From Pseudogymnoascus verrucosus (Eukaryota), in the NCBI GenBank assembly GCA_001662655.1, contig KV460222.1: 64,000 nucleotides of DNA; one strand, 5' to 3'. Positions within the stretch are counted from its first letter, which is position 1. Every line of letters starts with the position of its first letter. This document shows, piece after piece, positions 48,039-61,625 of the stretch. Under the pieces are notes generated by a model that was not told the origin of the DNA, ran no database searches, and saw only the letters and a list, made by a program, of their open reading frames with translations. The translations under genes were made by a program, and so were the position numbers.

Positions 48039-50689
48039 ATGGCAGCCAATGCCGAGGTGCAATGGCAGTAAGTATATAGTGCATCCTATGTATTGCTTGC
48101 TTTAACTTGGATATTTGCTGACAATTTGACCAGTGCTGCGAAACAAATCCATCGAGAACTCCGAGCGAAACTGAAAGAGAGGGAAAGTTTGATAGGCGAT
48201 ATTGAGGATCTTATATCGGAGTATGGTGCCCCCTCTTATTCGTTCACGGACAGAAACTAAATAGTCCCCAAGGTTGCGCGTTGCATGCGAGACTACGATC
48301 TTCGCCGACTTCGAATACGCTACCGCCGAGGGTGTGGAAACTGCTCTTTGGGAAGCACATAGTTCGATCAACAAGCGATACCGAAAAATTGTCGCCAGGC
48401 TGAAAACCCCCGAACAGAAAAGAATTACAGTCGAGAGACGGAAATGGGAGAAGCGATATGCCGATTTTCTCAAGCTGAGCCAATACTACTATAAAGGCTA
48501 CATCCAGCGGCTGGCATCCCACTTCGATGGCCTCGAGGAGCTGCGCATCATAGCGCACCGGCTTACACTGAGCACACTCTCAGCTGATCCTCCCGTGGAA
48601 GTCTCTGAAGATCTGAAGCACCTTATCCTCCTGTCATGCCACTCAACCCTTCTTCGACTCGGCGATTTATACCGATACCGCAATGATCTCAATACGAAAG
48701 ATCGGAGCTGGGAGAAGGCCAACGCTCACTATGGGCTTGCGAATGACCTATATCCAGACTCAGGGAGAGCATTTAACCAAATGGCAGTTATCTCGCTGGC
48801 GGATGGTAATCATTTGGATGCCGTCTACTACCTGTATCGTGCGTTGGCAGTGAAGGAGCCCCATCCATTGGCGCAGTCAAACCTCGCGGTTGAATTTAAA
48901 AAGATTACCACAACATGGCTTGGACCGGCTCAAAAGAGAGATTCGCCGGTTGGTAACCCTGCTGCGGGTATGGTGCTATGGTTTGTCCGCCTTCATGCTC
49001 AGTTGTACAAAGGAGAAGATTTCCCCAACCACGATGAACTCGAGAACGAAGTATTGAGTCAAATGACCGTTCTTCTTAAAGAACAATCACTGGAAGATAT
49101 TCTGGACAGAATTGTTATTATTAACATTGCGGCAGAGTATTTTGCTGGTGTGAGACTTGCAGGTAATGCAACCCCTACTACAGCTTTTGATATAAACTGA
49201 CGAAAACTCAGAAGCGGAAAGTGATGAAGCCAGTGAAAGATGCGTCCAAGCATACTATTTCTACCTGAGGCTTAATGTCAGGATGCTGTTTATGCTTCTT
49301 CAATTACTGCAGCCAGAGCTTGATGATGCCAATCATGGCCATAATGCTCCGGATGTAACTGGAAAAGAAAAGCAAACCTCCGCCGAGTCCATTACAGCGG
49401 TGACTCGTCGAATCCTACCCGCACTGCGTCAATACAGCACATGGTTGGTGGCCACAGCACCTGTTATTAGCGCTCAAGTGGGAACCGCACCCATATGCAT
49501 TCACATTAAGGAGATGTGGTCAATGTACTGCACCACCTTGAGTCTTCTTGTTGCAGTGTTCCCTGTGGCCGAATTACCCGATATTGATTACTTGCTGGAG
49601 GAAGACTCTGCTACGGTTGGATTTAAACCATTCCGGGACAGCACTCTTTGCAGGCTGTACACGGATAGTGAAGATAAGCTGAAGAAGCGGAGCACAGATC
49701 CAGGAGTTGAGCGCCATCATCCGAATGTAGAAATGATGGCGAGGATTCGAGAAATTCTAAGAGATGGCATGGTTCTCGCTACGAATACTGAGTATCCTAT
49801 TTACGCGGTGGATGGTCAATTTCGCTTTTTTGAGGATGGACCTCCTCCGTCAGCACTAGAAGATGCAAGCCCAATGACACAACCGTCTGAATTAGAGACG
49901 CAAGCGAGTTCGAGGTTCAGCTATACCGGCGAACATCAACGTGTAATTGAGCTTAGCAGCGAGTTCAAAAGGCCTCCAAGCGTCGATCCGTCCGAATCTC
50001 ACCAGAGCCTATCTACGGATATGTATCAAATGGTCGATGACCTAGTGACTCCATCCAAGATGATCACAGATGGCAATGTCAACGGAAGCGCTGAGACTTC
50101 TTATGGGATGCACAGCAATACCGCATTGGAGGTGTTTGCTTCTTTTCAAGGCATGAACCAAGAACCTTATCAGCCGACTCCTCCTAGAATATCGGGTTTC
50201 CCCGGATTCGCGCCTTCACCTTTCTCGCCCCGTCCCGGAGAATTGCAGGGCTCAGGACATGAATGGCCACCAGTTACTAGAGGCACGGGCAAAGAAAATT
50301 ACGCTCCCATGACATCCTTCCAACACAGTAGTAACAACTCTACGCCACATAGCAATTGGGAGAGAACACCCTCGACCGCAAATACCAGCTTTCCACGCGG
50401 TGGACCGTCTTTCAATGCCGCTCAGCAATTGCAGCAGTCATTGGAAGCACAGCATCAGCCATCGGGCTTTTCCAACAGTAGTAGCATCTACCAGAACACC
50501 CCGGTTAATCATCTTGGTGTGAACGGCAACCAGACGCCATATAACCTTCCACGCAAGCTTGGACCAGGATATGCACCACGAAGCGAGTATGAGAAGCAAG
50601 TTATGCTTCAGAGTTCCGCTTGGAACGGCAGCCAGCCAGCAGCCTATGCTCGCAATGACCCAACGCCACCAAGTGGGCAAGGTAGCTGA
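48039..50689 (+). CDS. Est1/Ebs1/SMG7-like TPR (EST1 DNA/RNA-binding domain) protein
   Basis: VETALWEAH, FLKLSQYYYKGYIQRL, LLRLGDLYRYR, HYGLANDLYPDSGRAFNQMAVI, AVYYLYRAL, AQSNL; ATG 48039 followed by a GTAAGT donor; three introns; low-complexity C-terminus. Confidence 0.82.
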
Positions 50690-51047
50690 TCCATATGGCC
50701 GAAAGTGTCACCGATCGAGGGACATTCTATCTGTACCGAACTAGAGTACATACTCACGATGAACATAACGTCGACATGAGACAATAGTTCGCATGAACCA
50801 TGCCATACATCTTCGGTAACGAGTCACTGCCAATATGCGTTCATAGAAATCCAAGAGTCAGATTGACATCTGTCTTATTCTATATAGCTGACTTTTTCTG
50901 TACCTGGCTATGCCTGATCGTGGAGGATCATAACTATTCATGGCATCATCATATGCGCTCTACGCCGAAGGCGCCCCCCGGTGTTGAAATCCATGGCCCG
51001 CCCTTCTTTAACGCCGCATTTACTGTGAAAGGAATGAATGGACTAAT

Positions 51048-52302
51048 CTAGGCAGAACGAGTGTAGGTCTGCTTGGGGAATGGGTATCTGAGAGGTGCAG
51101 TGGTTAGCAAAGTTCATTACAATAGGGATATTGAGTGGCTCTCATAGCATAACAATGACAATCTGTTGCAACCCTGCGCTTGGTGCTGTAGACCGCAATG
51201 TGATGTAAGGAGTTAGGAGTATGGAGATGTGCACTTACGAAGGTCCAAGCTCTTGGATACCAAGGCGGGCCAACCACTGGCCCATGTCGACGCTCTCCTC
51301 GACAGACTTGTTCTGAACAAGACCAGCAACGAAGCCACCGGCGAAGGCATCACCGGCACCGTTGGTGTCGCAGATAGCCTTGGGGTCAATGGCGTGAACT
51401 GGGTAAGACTTGGTGCCCTTGCCCTGGGTAGCGACGATAGTTGGGAGGGTACCCTGGGTGATGATAGCAAGTCTCTCCCTCTTGGTGTTCTCCTTTGGCA
51501 AGTCGGCCAAGTGCTGGGCGATCTCAGCAATGTCAGTGGTCTTGAGACCGTGGCTCTCGGCGTAAGCCAAAGCCTCGCCCTCGTTACCGATGACAACATC
51601 CCAGTATGGGGCGCTCTTGTCAAGGGGCTCCTTGAAGAACTGGCAGATGAATGGGGCGGAGAGGGAGACGACGAAGGTCTTGTTGTCCTTGGCGGACTCC
51701 TCGGCGACGGCCTGGATGGCCTCGGGGCAAACGGTGAAGTGGTAACCGCCGACGTAGATGGTCTTGGCCTTCTCAACCAAGCTCCAGATCTCGGGCTGCT
51801 TCAAGTGGTCAATCTTGTAGTGGTTGGCAGCAGCAAGGTCGGTGCACATGCTGCGGTTGTGTCCGGTGATGATGACACCGCAACGTCCGGTTGGGTGCTC
51901 AGCATCGACGCGGTACTCAACACGGAGACCGGCCTGCCTGTTGGCCTCTTGGAGAGTAGCGGCGTACTTGTCGTTACCGACACAGCCAATGTAGACAACC
52001 GACTTCTCGGGGAGGATGTATTGTGCGCCACGGGCAGTGTTCTGGGCTGCGCCGCCAGCGATGAGCTTGGCATCGAAGTTGGTGAGGAGGTCCTCGTAGA
52101 GTCCGAGATGCTTCTCCTCGGCGAGAATAGCATCGTTCTCCTTCAGGCCATACTTGTCAAGGAGAGCTTGGTCTCCGGTAGCTTGGATGTCTAGTCTAAT
52201 TAGCTTATCCTCAATCCATTGATACTTTTATCATAGAAGCAGTTTCATACCAAGGAGGGGGTTCTCCAAGCAGAGAAGGGAGTATTCGTTGGTGGCAGCC
52301 AT
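51048..52302 (-). CDS. ADO1: Adenosine kinase (PfkB family)
   Basis: SLLCLENPLL/DIQ, LIAGGAAQNTARGAQY, NRSMCTDLAAAN, SLSAPFICQFF, GNEGEA, DTNGAGDAFAGGF, GPS/YPFPKQTY. Confidence 0.93.
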
Positions 52303-52949
52303 TGTTGCGGTTGAGGTAATGAGGGGTTGGTTTTTTGGTGGTTGTTTATTGTTAAAGTGGGATGAAAGGGAAGGCGGGGGAGTTCTCGTTTATCGTTATC
52401 CCAAGCTGATTGAGACCAGGGGGGGTACACCGATCGCGGGTCGCACCCCGTGGGCACAAGCGCAGTCGGGAACATAATGCAATGTTAAGCTCCGAACTTC
52501 ACCGATGCTATATGCTCCTCAAAGTAGGGGTAGCTAGCTGTTTGTCAATAAATCCCTACATCGAAGATCGCGATGTTGTTGCGATAATTCTATGTCACTC
52601 TGTGGGGGCTCCTTTGGCGCATAAAACTATTACAGCATTTCAAATCTCCAAACTCTCTGCATAACCCTGTGAAGAGAGTATCGATCGACAGGAAAGTTGA
52701 ACGAGCAAGGGGTCAGCTATATGCGTTGCTCTTCTTATTTCTCAAAGCACCCGCAATATGTCTCATAAAGTGAGCCCAAACCAATCAAGTTTGGCCGAGG
52801 AAAACCCCTCACACAAGCCTTCGCACAAGCATGTCACACAAGATCAGTCATTTTGAAATCTTTATTTCGTCCTCGCTGTGCTCCATTGAAGGTACATAAT
52901 GCTAAGCCAGCCTTGTCCGAAACTAAATGAAATCCCAACAGCCCAACGC

Positions 52950-53875
52950 TTAATCCTTGACCTTCTGGGTACCGCGGAGCAGACCAGTTCTGCGGGCAGC
53001 AATAAGACCGGCCTTTTGTCCCTGGACGGCGTATCTCGAAATGGTGGAAGCCTTTCCGATATGTTGATGGTTACCCTAAAATGTGTCAGCGTACAGCCTT
53101 GAGAAACCGGGGACCGTAGAAAACTTACACCTCCGTGAGGATGGTCGACGGGGTTCATGGCAACACCACGAGTCTTGGGCCAAGAGTTACGCTTGACAGC
53201 GAACTTGTGCTTAGCACGCGACGCCTCTGAAATGGGTATTAGCATGCTGACTATACTGGAAAAGCCAAGGGAAAAACGTACTCATGAGGGGCTTGTCGGT
53301 ACGTCCACCACCAGCAACGATACCGATCATACCACGGACGCTGCTGAGAACGACCTTCTTGGATCCGGATGGGAGCTTGATGCGGGTCTTGCCCTCATCA
53401 GGGTTGTGTCCAATAACGGTAACGTAGTTTCCGGAAGTGCGTCCAAGAGCACCACGGTCACCGATCTTCTCCTCAACGTTGGAGATGACGGTACCCTCGG
53501 GGATGGAGCCGACTGGGAGAACGTTTCCGACGGTCAGAGCAGCGTGCTTGCCGGCGTAGATGAACTGGCCGGTGTACATGCCCTCGTTGGCGATGAAGGT
53601 CTCGGTCTGGAGCTTGAATCGGTATGGGTCGCGGAAAACGACCTTGGCAAGAGGCGCACCACGTCCGGGGTCGTGGATGATGTCCTTGACAATGCCGCGA
53701 ATGTATCCGTGACGCTCAGCATAATCGAGGTTTCTGAATTGTGCCGGTGCCTTGTTCAGGCGGGTATTCGCCGTGAAAATGGAGCCGCGGCCCTTCCTCT
53801 GGTTGCGAATAACTCGTCCCACTTTGTGTATGTTAGCAAGTATTCCATGTCGTGTGAATGTAAGTGTCTCTTACT
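52950..53875 (-). CDS. RPL2: 60S ribosomal protein L2 (uL2)
   Basis: [72 protein letters not shown]; start ATG split by intron 53822-53874. Confidence 0.96.
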
Positions 53876-55058
53876 GTTGACGAGACTTGTTGGCGGTCGT
53901 CGTCGTTGTCGTTGGTGGTCGAGTCGATTGAGAAAAGGGAAGACCTTGAATATTTCAACATACAACAACGGTTGTGTGGGCGCGAACTTTCGAAGCGAAG
54001 GGCTAGCCAATGAGAGGTGGGTACGCTTAGGAGCGACTTCAGACCCACATGCGAGCGCCCTTAGATGACTAAGCACACCTTAAGTGACGACGAACGTAAT
54101 TTTCAGACACCGATAGAGCCGCGATAATGATGCGATATGGCCGATTAGAGGCATGTTTATCCAGAATCTCTCATAACTCACCGAGAGCTCATTGAATGTC
54201 CACTTTATTTATTTATTCACAAGCCTTAAGCCGAAGAACACTGTGTGCTTGACTTGACACGTTCATGCTATTCCTGGTCACCTCTTGCTTCACATATCAT
54301 CCAGGTTTCTTGGGCTCTCCCTGTGATCGCGATGCGCGATTGAGATACTGGGCATTGGCATTGGTGCCACGAAACCCTCAAAACCCAACTGCCTCATCGG
54401 CCAGTGGCAACTGTTTCCCTGCACCCTATGGCAGTAGCCACCGCGTTGATCCAGGCATAAGCGTCGTCTGTTGGGCTACGACGAAAATCAAAGCCAATTA
54501 AAGCTAAAGGCCGGCCCGGGCTAGAAACCCGCCGAGATTCAATACCCTGAGAGTCAAGTATACGGTCAACAGGAACAGCTTTGTGAGGATCGTTATAGAA
54601 TATCTAACCAAAGAATATATAGTTTGTCGTCTTCGCCGCGGATGGAAACCAGCAATGATCCCCACATGGCCTCATTACGAAGTTTCCCACTCAGGAAACC
54701 TGACGTTTATTATTCAACCGCGATCTCGCTGTAACATCATATCGGGAGAGCTGCTTGATGTTGGGCTGGTCAGATCTACACCACGTGATGACGTTACCAT
54801 GAAAGAGCGCAACTCCAATAGAAAATTATACAGCTGGAAATGAAACTGATTGCATCTGACTATCTTTCCAAAGCCAAATTGATGTTGAAAGTCGTGAAAC
54901 AGTTTGGATAATGGTTCATTGTCCATTTCTAACTTGATTCACAGCCTTGTTTTCAGTAGGGACGATCAAGCTCCCGCGTTACGCCAACCCACCCTCGTCG
55001 TCGCCATAACCGCACGCGTTCGACCACGACTTCCTAACCACACCACAACATCAGCATC

Positions 55059-57097
55059 ATGATGTCGGACGACTCTTCAGAGCTTTCGTCTGTACCTTCC
55101 GAGGATGAAAGCGATCTGCAGCTAAAGAAAAAGGGAGGAATACTGAAGTTCTTTTCCAAAGTCAATCCCAAAACCGAGAAGCCCAAAAAGGCAGACTCGT
55201 CCCCTCCGCCACCAGAGAGAGAGCCTTCACCACCGCACGAATATGTCTTAGCAGACAATCCTGACATTGCAGTATGTTTTCCCACTATAGTTCGCGGTTT
55301 ACGCGTCGATATACACGTTATGTCGCGTAGAGTGTTGTCAGTGGACCTTGCTAACTATATTATCCCAGTTCATCGTCATGTTCCGATCGCGGTTCACGGA
55401 AGCCTTCCCCAAATCTCTCGCCAACTTCGGGCCTCAAGAGCTTGAGCGCGGCGTTGTAGATACAGTACCAGGGGAGCACGTTGAGCATTTCCTCTGCGCT
55501 CTCCTGGGCCTGCTCCTCAATCGCAAGCAAGATGTTAAGGCCGGCCACTACAACCGCGCACTCGAAGAAGCTGTACAGACACACAAATCACAATGGGCGA
55601 AAGATTGGGAGAGCAAGAACCCATTGCTTGGAGGGGCAACCTTTTCATCAATGGGTCCAACAGAGCGTCTTACACTTCTACGAACACTCGTCCTCTGGTC
55701 GTTATCTTCATCGGATGCTGTGAAAGGCATTATAACTGCATCCTATAAGCAAAGCAGACACGAGGATGATCTTAATCAACCCCTGTCAGTCCAACCTTGG
55801 GGTTCTGACAGCTATAAGAGACGATACTACCTAATCGAAGGGTTGGACGACACCGCTTTCCGAGTCTATCGCGAAAGCAACCCTGCGGGGCTGAAGCGGA
55901 CCTGGTGGAGTGTCGCGGGTGATATCGAAGAGCTGAAACAGCTTGCTGAGAAGCTAGGAACTGCGGACAATGGGCAAAGGGCGAGAGGACTGAGTGCCAA
56001 GATGACTGCAGCAATCCCAAGATTCGAGGCCACAGAAGAGGTACGCTATTTAACGCATATTCCAGAGCGCGACTTCCGAAGCTTCGAGCTTTGCGCAAAT
56101 TTTGAAAACTTCCATATGCTAACATTTCACTTCACAGAAACGCAAACGACGCGAATATCGTCAAATTCGCAAGCAACAATTCAAGCGGCCGGAGCCAAAC
56201 TTTTCTATGTACGAAGGTCGAACACGTGGAAAACGAATCAAGTACACATATTCAGATGATGAAGATGATATATACTCGGATAGCACGACCAGGCGGTCTA
56301 CTAGGAACACAGGCACGCACACGCCTGCTGAACCAGCTGGGCCGACCGTTACTCAAAGTGGCCGGCAAGTCCGTTCTCGTCTTGGAGGCGCGTATGGCGA
56401 AAGCATGACTGGTAGCAACCAAGGGCCTGGCGTTGCTGTTGGCGGATACGATGGAGGCAACGAATCGCTAGGAGAGGATGATAGTATAAACGGCCGCCCA
56501 TCAAGACGCGCGGCAGCGGTAAGTAGAGACAGCAGCTCGCGAAAGGGAGGTCGGAATATTGAAGGGTATAATTCTGTTGATGATATGGACGATGAAGATG
56601 ATGCGAGCGAGCAAGATTATGGAGATGACGAAGAGGAAGAAGATGCTGTCTCGCTGGCAAGCGAGGGGGAAGAAGATGACGACGATGAGGTTGTCGATGA
56701 TGATGTTGACATGGTTGACGAACTTGATGAACTTGATGCCAAGAAGAGCCTGGTTGTGTCTTTACCCATCAAGACCCCAACACCTGAGAAGAAGCGAACA
56801 GTCCAGTTGATGCCCTTCCCGGCAAAGGATTCCATGGATCCAAATGCACCCGAACCTACCCATAAATCACCTGAGCTACGAGGGGGTGGCAACGGTGCCT
56901 CTGCCTCAACAACGACTCAGCAGGTTCCAGGCGCGCCCCAACCCGAGTCTGCTGCTGAAGTTACGAATGGGACAGCGACTACAAACGGCCAGAGAGATAC
57001 GCCTAGTCACTTGTCGCCAACTTTGGCATATCGCGGGAGCCCTGAAAAGCCGCAGTCATTTCCGTACCCAATCAATGTTGGTCAAGGAGGGCAGTAG
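55059..57097 (+). CDS. WHIM1/WSD-motif chromatin protein (ISWI-accessory-like)
   Basis: FSSMGPTERLTLLRTLVLWSL (WHIM1-like), PWGSDSYKRRYYLI (WSD-like), YEGRTRGKRIKYTY, acidic tract; two introns. Confidence 0.72.
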
Positions 57098-57576
57098 ATT
57101 ATTGGAGCATTAAAAAATTACGGCATTGTAACGGAATCGGACTGATTGTGGTTTATATGGCATAGACAGAGCGATGGTATTGAGCGCTGAAGAATGGAAC
57201 TTCGTAGTTTATAGTGTTGGTATAGACCTCAATACAAGTAATGGAGATATATGACTATGCAATGACACAAGTGACGACATATATGAGACAATTTAGGCCT
57301 ATTATTTATTATATTTGTGGCCGCTGTTGTGATGGTATTTTTATTTGCTTGGGCTATGTTATAATAAACCTCGAGATTTATAAATTCCAAACATCAAGCG
57401 AATCAAAATTGCCGAAAAATATTTAACCTCATATAATTCACATGACGTCGAACCACCACAACACATGACTATACGACCTAGAACAATTCGATATAAGTTT
57501 GAGTGGCATTTTACATTTAATATATTGCCGTAATAATATACACAGATCCATTGGACGTCATACGTTGGCCCAGGCC

Positions 57577-60270
57577 ATGGCTGAATATGTGGTAGCTGGG
57601 GCAAATAGACACCCTGCCGCAGCAGACTGGCATGGCAAGGTCTTAGCTTATGGGGCAGACAGGAATATTGCGATATGGAGTCCACAGGTATGTCATTTTA
57701 CATCTTCTTGTTGTCAGATATGGGGTCTCGATCTTTTCTATGCTGCAGTGCTGCGAATTCGCGGGAGTAATATTTACGTTATCTGAGCGGACTATCCCCA
57801 AACGCAATGCTACTGCTTTATATATCCCGAGGAGAACTGGCCCTACCGAGATATACGCAGAATGTTTTATAGGAATTTACTTACATAGAAATAGGGAGGT
57901 CACCATGGAGTGACAAGGTTACTTGTTGGCCACACCGATACGGTGAATGTCGTGAAGTTCATGGAAACCACGGCCGGCCTTCTACTTTTGTCAGGCTCTG
58001 TGGACAAAACGATCAGAGTATGGCGTGCAGCAGACAGCGGAGATGACTTCAAATGCATACAGATTCTGGAGCAGCACGAAGGTTCCATAAACTGCATTGC
58101 TGTTTCCCCCAACTCAAACATTGCTGCAAGCGGATCTGCCGATGCAACATTCAAGATCTGGGAGTTTGATGCTGAAACTCAAAACTTCGTGCTGGTACAG
58201 AGCATCAGCACTAAACCTCGATTCTTCTCGTTGGCACTCGCCCTAAGCCCACTGAATGGAGTACCTGGATCCTACATCCTAGCTGTTGCAGGCACGAGCC
58301 CAATAGTGCAGCTTTACGTTGCTGATCCAGCGCCAAAAGCAAGGCTAGAGTTTAAGCTGAAGGCAACATTAACAGGTCACGAGGGATGGATTAGGTCACT
58401 GGCTTTCACAAACGAGACTGATAAGCCCGAGAGCGATCTTCTCCTGTCATCTGCAAGCCAGGATAAGTACATAAGATTATGGCGCATCCATCAAGGCAAA
58501 GAGTTGCCAGCAGTGGCAGCGGCCGGCGCGGACCCTGCCGCTGGTGCATTTCTCCCAGGAAAGTCGCTTTCAAACAAGGCCCACAAGTTTGTGGCAGGGA
58601 GTGAGGACTATAGTGCGACATTTGAGGCTTTGCTACTGGGACACGAAGATTGGATCTATAGCACTGCTTGGAAGCGAAGAGAAAACACTTTGCAGCTCCT
58701 GTCTGCTTCTGCGGACAACTCATTGTCAATCTGGGAACAAGACCCGAGCTCAAGTGTCTGGGTGAGCGTTACCAGGCTAGGTGAGATCAGCGCGCAGAAG
58801 GGCTCAACGACAGCAACTGGTAGCACCGGTGGATTCTGGACAGGCCTTTGGTCGCCAAATGGGGATACGGTTGTCTGCTTAGGAAAGACCGGGAGTTGGA
58901 GGTTGTGGAATCGGAACCCGGAGAGCGATCAATGGATGCCCAATTTCGGCGTGGGAGGTCATATCCGCTCCGTCACTGGCGTCGCCTGGTCAAGACGTGG
59001 TGACTACCTCCTCTCGACTAGCTCGGACCAGACCACAAGGCTTCATGCGAAATGGATTCGTGGTGGGGGCGAACCGACGTGGCACGAAATGGCTAGGCCG
59101 CAGATTCACGGCTATGATTTGAACTGCATCGATAGCCTGGGAGAAAGCCAATTTGTTTCCGGGGCGGACGAGAAACTCCTGCGTGTCTTCAGCGAGCCTC
59201 GCGCCGTGGCGAAGCTCCTTCAAGACCTCTGTGGCATCGAAGGTGACAACGTGCAAGCTATGCCCGATGCCGCAAACATGCCCGTCCTGGGCCTCTCCAA
59301 CAAAGCCATAGAAGCCATGGACGACGACCAGGAGATGGAAAAGCCATCAGAGCATGACCGAGAAGGACTTGATCCCGCGACTGCAGTGCACAAGTCCACG
59401 CTTGTTATGAATCACCCACCCCTCGAGGACCACTTGTCGCGGAACACGCTGTGGCCCGAGATCGAAAAGCTGTACGGACATGGTTATGAGATTTCTGCTC
59501 TTGCTGCTAGCCACGACGGATCTCTTGTCGCCACGGCCTGTAAAGCCAGTTCGCTGGACCATGCAGTTATCCGCCTCTTCGACACGAAGACATGGAACCA
59601 AGTCAGCCCTCCTCTCACGGCACACTCTCTGACTGTGGCGCGTCTCCGTTTCTCGGCGGATGATAAGCTGCTGCTCAGTGTGGGCCGTGATCGTCAATGG
59701 GCTATATTCGAGCGCGCGTCGGAAGGCGGAAACGAATATAAGCCATTGTACGCAGATCCAAAGGGGCATTCGAGGATGATTCTGGATGCGGCGTGGGCGC
59801 CTGGCCCAGAATACATATTCGCGACAGCGGGGCGAGACAAGCAGGTTAAGCTCTGGGCGAAGAGAGGGGAGGGCAGTGTCGAAGGTGGCTACGCGCACGT
59901 TACAAGTATCAAAGAAGATGGCCCAGTCACAGCCATAGACTTTGCAGGTGCACTTTTGCAAGATAACCGTTCATGGCTCGCAGTTGGCACTGAGGCTGGA
60001 AGGCTGGCTATATATTTAATAAGCCTAACGGACCTAACGGTAGTGAAGAAGGTCAATGTGAACGCAAGGTATGACATCCACCTAAGTAATATGAGCATGG
60101 AACTAATTGAAAGCAGTCTATGTCCTGCGAAGGCAATTACTCAACTCTCGTGGAAGCCCGTGAGCGAAACTACAGATATCAAGGAGGAGGAATTCGAATT
60201 GGCAGTGGCGAGCGAGGACTGTTCACTCAGAGTCTTGTCGTTGGGAAGGTTGTTATCGGCGTCGCCTTGA
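57577..60270 (+). CDS. ELP2: Elongator complex subunit Elp2 (WD40)
   Basis: GANRHPAAADW, LTGHEGWIRSL, SASQDKYIRLW, EALLLGHEDW, WHEMARPQIHGYD, SGADEKLLRVF, TLWPEIEKLYGHGYE; the exact start is uncertain. Confidence 0.93.
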
Positions 60271-60486
60271 TAGGCCCATAGAATAAAAATAGAGACTCAA
60301 CGAAAGCCCCCAACTACGCATACACTGGAGGTCCTAATTTTCCCATGACCGTAATTGTTATGAAATTTTGAAATGTTCATCTGAGTTATCTGCAAGGGCA
60401 AATAGCCACAGAATGATCGGAATACCCCAGCCCGAGAAGAAAGTATCAACGCTGTTGCTATGCGCTAAATGGCCAATAATGGCTCT

Positions 60487-60617
60487 ATGTTGAACTCCTG
60501 GCCCAGCCCGATGTTAAGCTCCCTGCCATACCCTATGTTGAACTCCATGTCATGCTCAGTGTTGAACTCTATACACTGCTTAATGTTGAAACTCCGAGTC
60601 CCGTTCGATGTTGAGCC
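60487..60617. repeat. 24-bp-period repeat: conserved ATGTTGAACTCC-like core with variable 12-bp spacers
   Basis: Cores start at 60487, 60511, 60535, 60559, 60583 and 60608. Confidence 0.8.
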
Positions 60618-60732
60618 TTCGAAGTCTGCTCGTATAATGCATCTTATGCAAGCCAATACCACCCCCTATACATTGCATCGTACCCGAAATATACGGCCAG
60701 CTTTATTTTGGCTTCTCTGACGGGTCTGTCGC

Positions 60733-61625
60733 CTACTCCTTATCTTTGTACTTCTCTGCTCCATATCCCCCCATGCCACTTTGCATGTAAGCCGTACCTT
60801 CGCTGCCTTGGTTTTTCCGAGGTCCCCTCGCCTTCAAATCATCCTTCAGCCATCTCAAGACTAGCTCTCCTAATCTGCTGTTCCCTGTATTCGCTGTCGT
60901 CCGCTCGATTTCGAACTTCTCGACTGGACCCCAGTCCTTGACCTTTCCACCGCTCATGTGCACTAGATGAGTAGGCCACTCCGCTAGGTTGTCCAAGATA
61001 TGCGTGGCATACACGATCGTGCACTCTCTTATCTCCGTCTCCCTCTTGAGGAAGCCGAGGAAGTTGCTCCGAGTGAGCAGGTCCAGGTCGACTGTAATCT
61101 CGTCCAGAAGCAGAATGCGCCATGGCCGGATCAGGCCCATGGCAAGTTGAACACGGCGCCTCTCGCCATCAGAGACAGCATGCATGCGCCACTCTGTATC
61201 AAGATCCAGGACGCTAATCAACTCGTCGCGGCGATCCGGGTAATGGTCTCCGCCCACACTCTTGAGGAGCTCGTTGACACCAATGTCGGTGCGCACAATC
61301 GGGTTTAGGACCCATTCCAAGCCGAGGTAGGTGACGCCGTCGGTATGTTCTTTGAAGGGATCCAAGCCGCCGATTTTGACAGTGCCGGGCGGTGCAAGGC
61401 GCTTGCCAGAGAGGAGTCTGGTGTACGCGGTTAGCAACTACAATGCTAAGAAGTCTGGGCGGTGCACCACCTTAGCAAGGTGGTTTTACCACTCCCGTTA
61501 TGTCCAATGAGCAAAGTCCGCGACCCTGGAGGCAGGTTCAGCGAGACGTGGTAGAGCCCAGTTGCGAAGTTTGGGAATGTGTAGGAAAGATGCGTTACAG
61601 ATACAGAAGGAGGGTGGGAACCCAT
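60733..61625 (-). CDS. CAF16: Soluble ABC ATPase, CCR4-associated factor 16-like
   Basis: [12 protein letters not shown] (Walker A), [34 protein letters not shown]; no TM domain; one intron near 61419-61471. Confidence 0.88.

Noticed and set aside
51229..52194. 321-aa plus-strand ORF
   Set aside because: Antisense shadow of codon-biased ADO1.
53157..54068. 303-aa plus-strand ORF
   Set aside because: Antisense shadow of codon-biased RPL2.
60487..60617. CRISPR interpretation of the repeat-spacer pattern
   Set aside because: Eukaryotic context, 12-bp repeats and spacers are far too short, and there are no cas genes.
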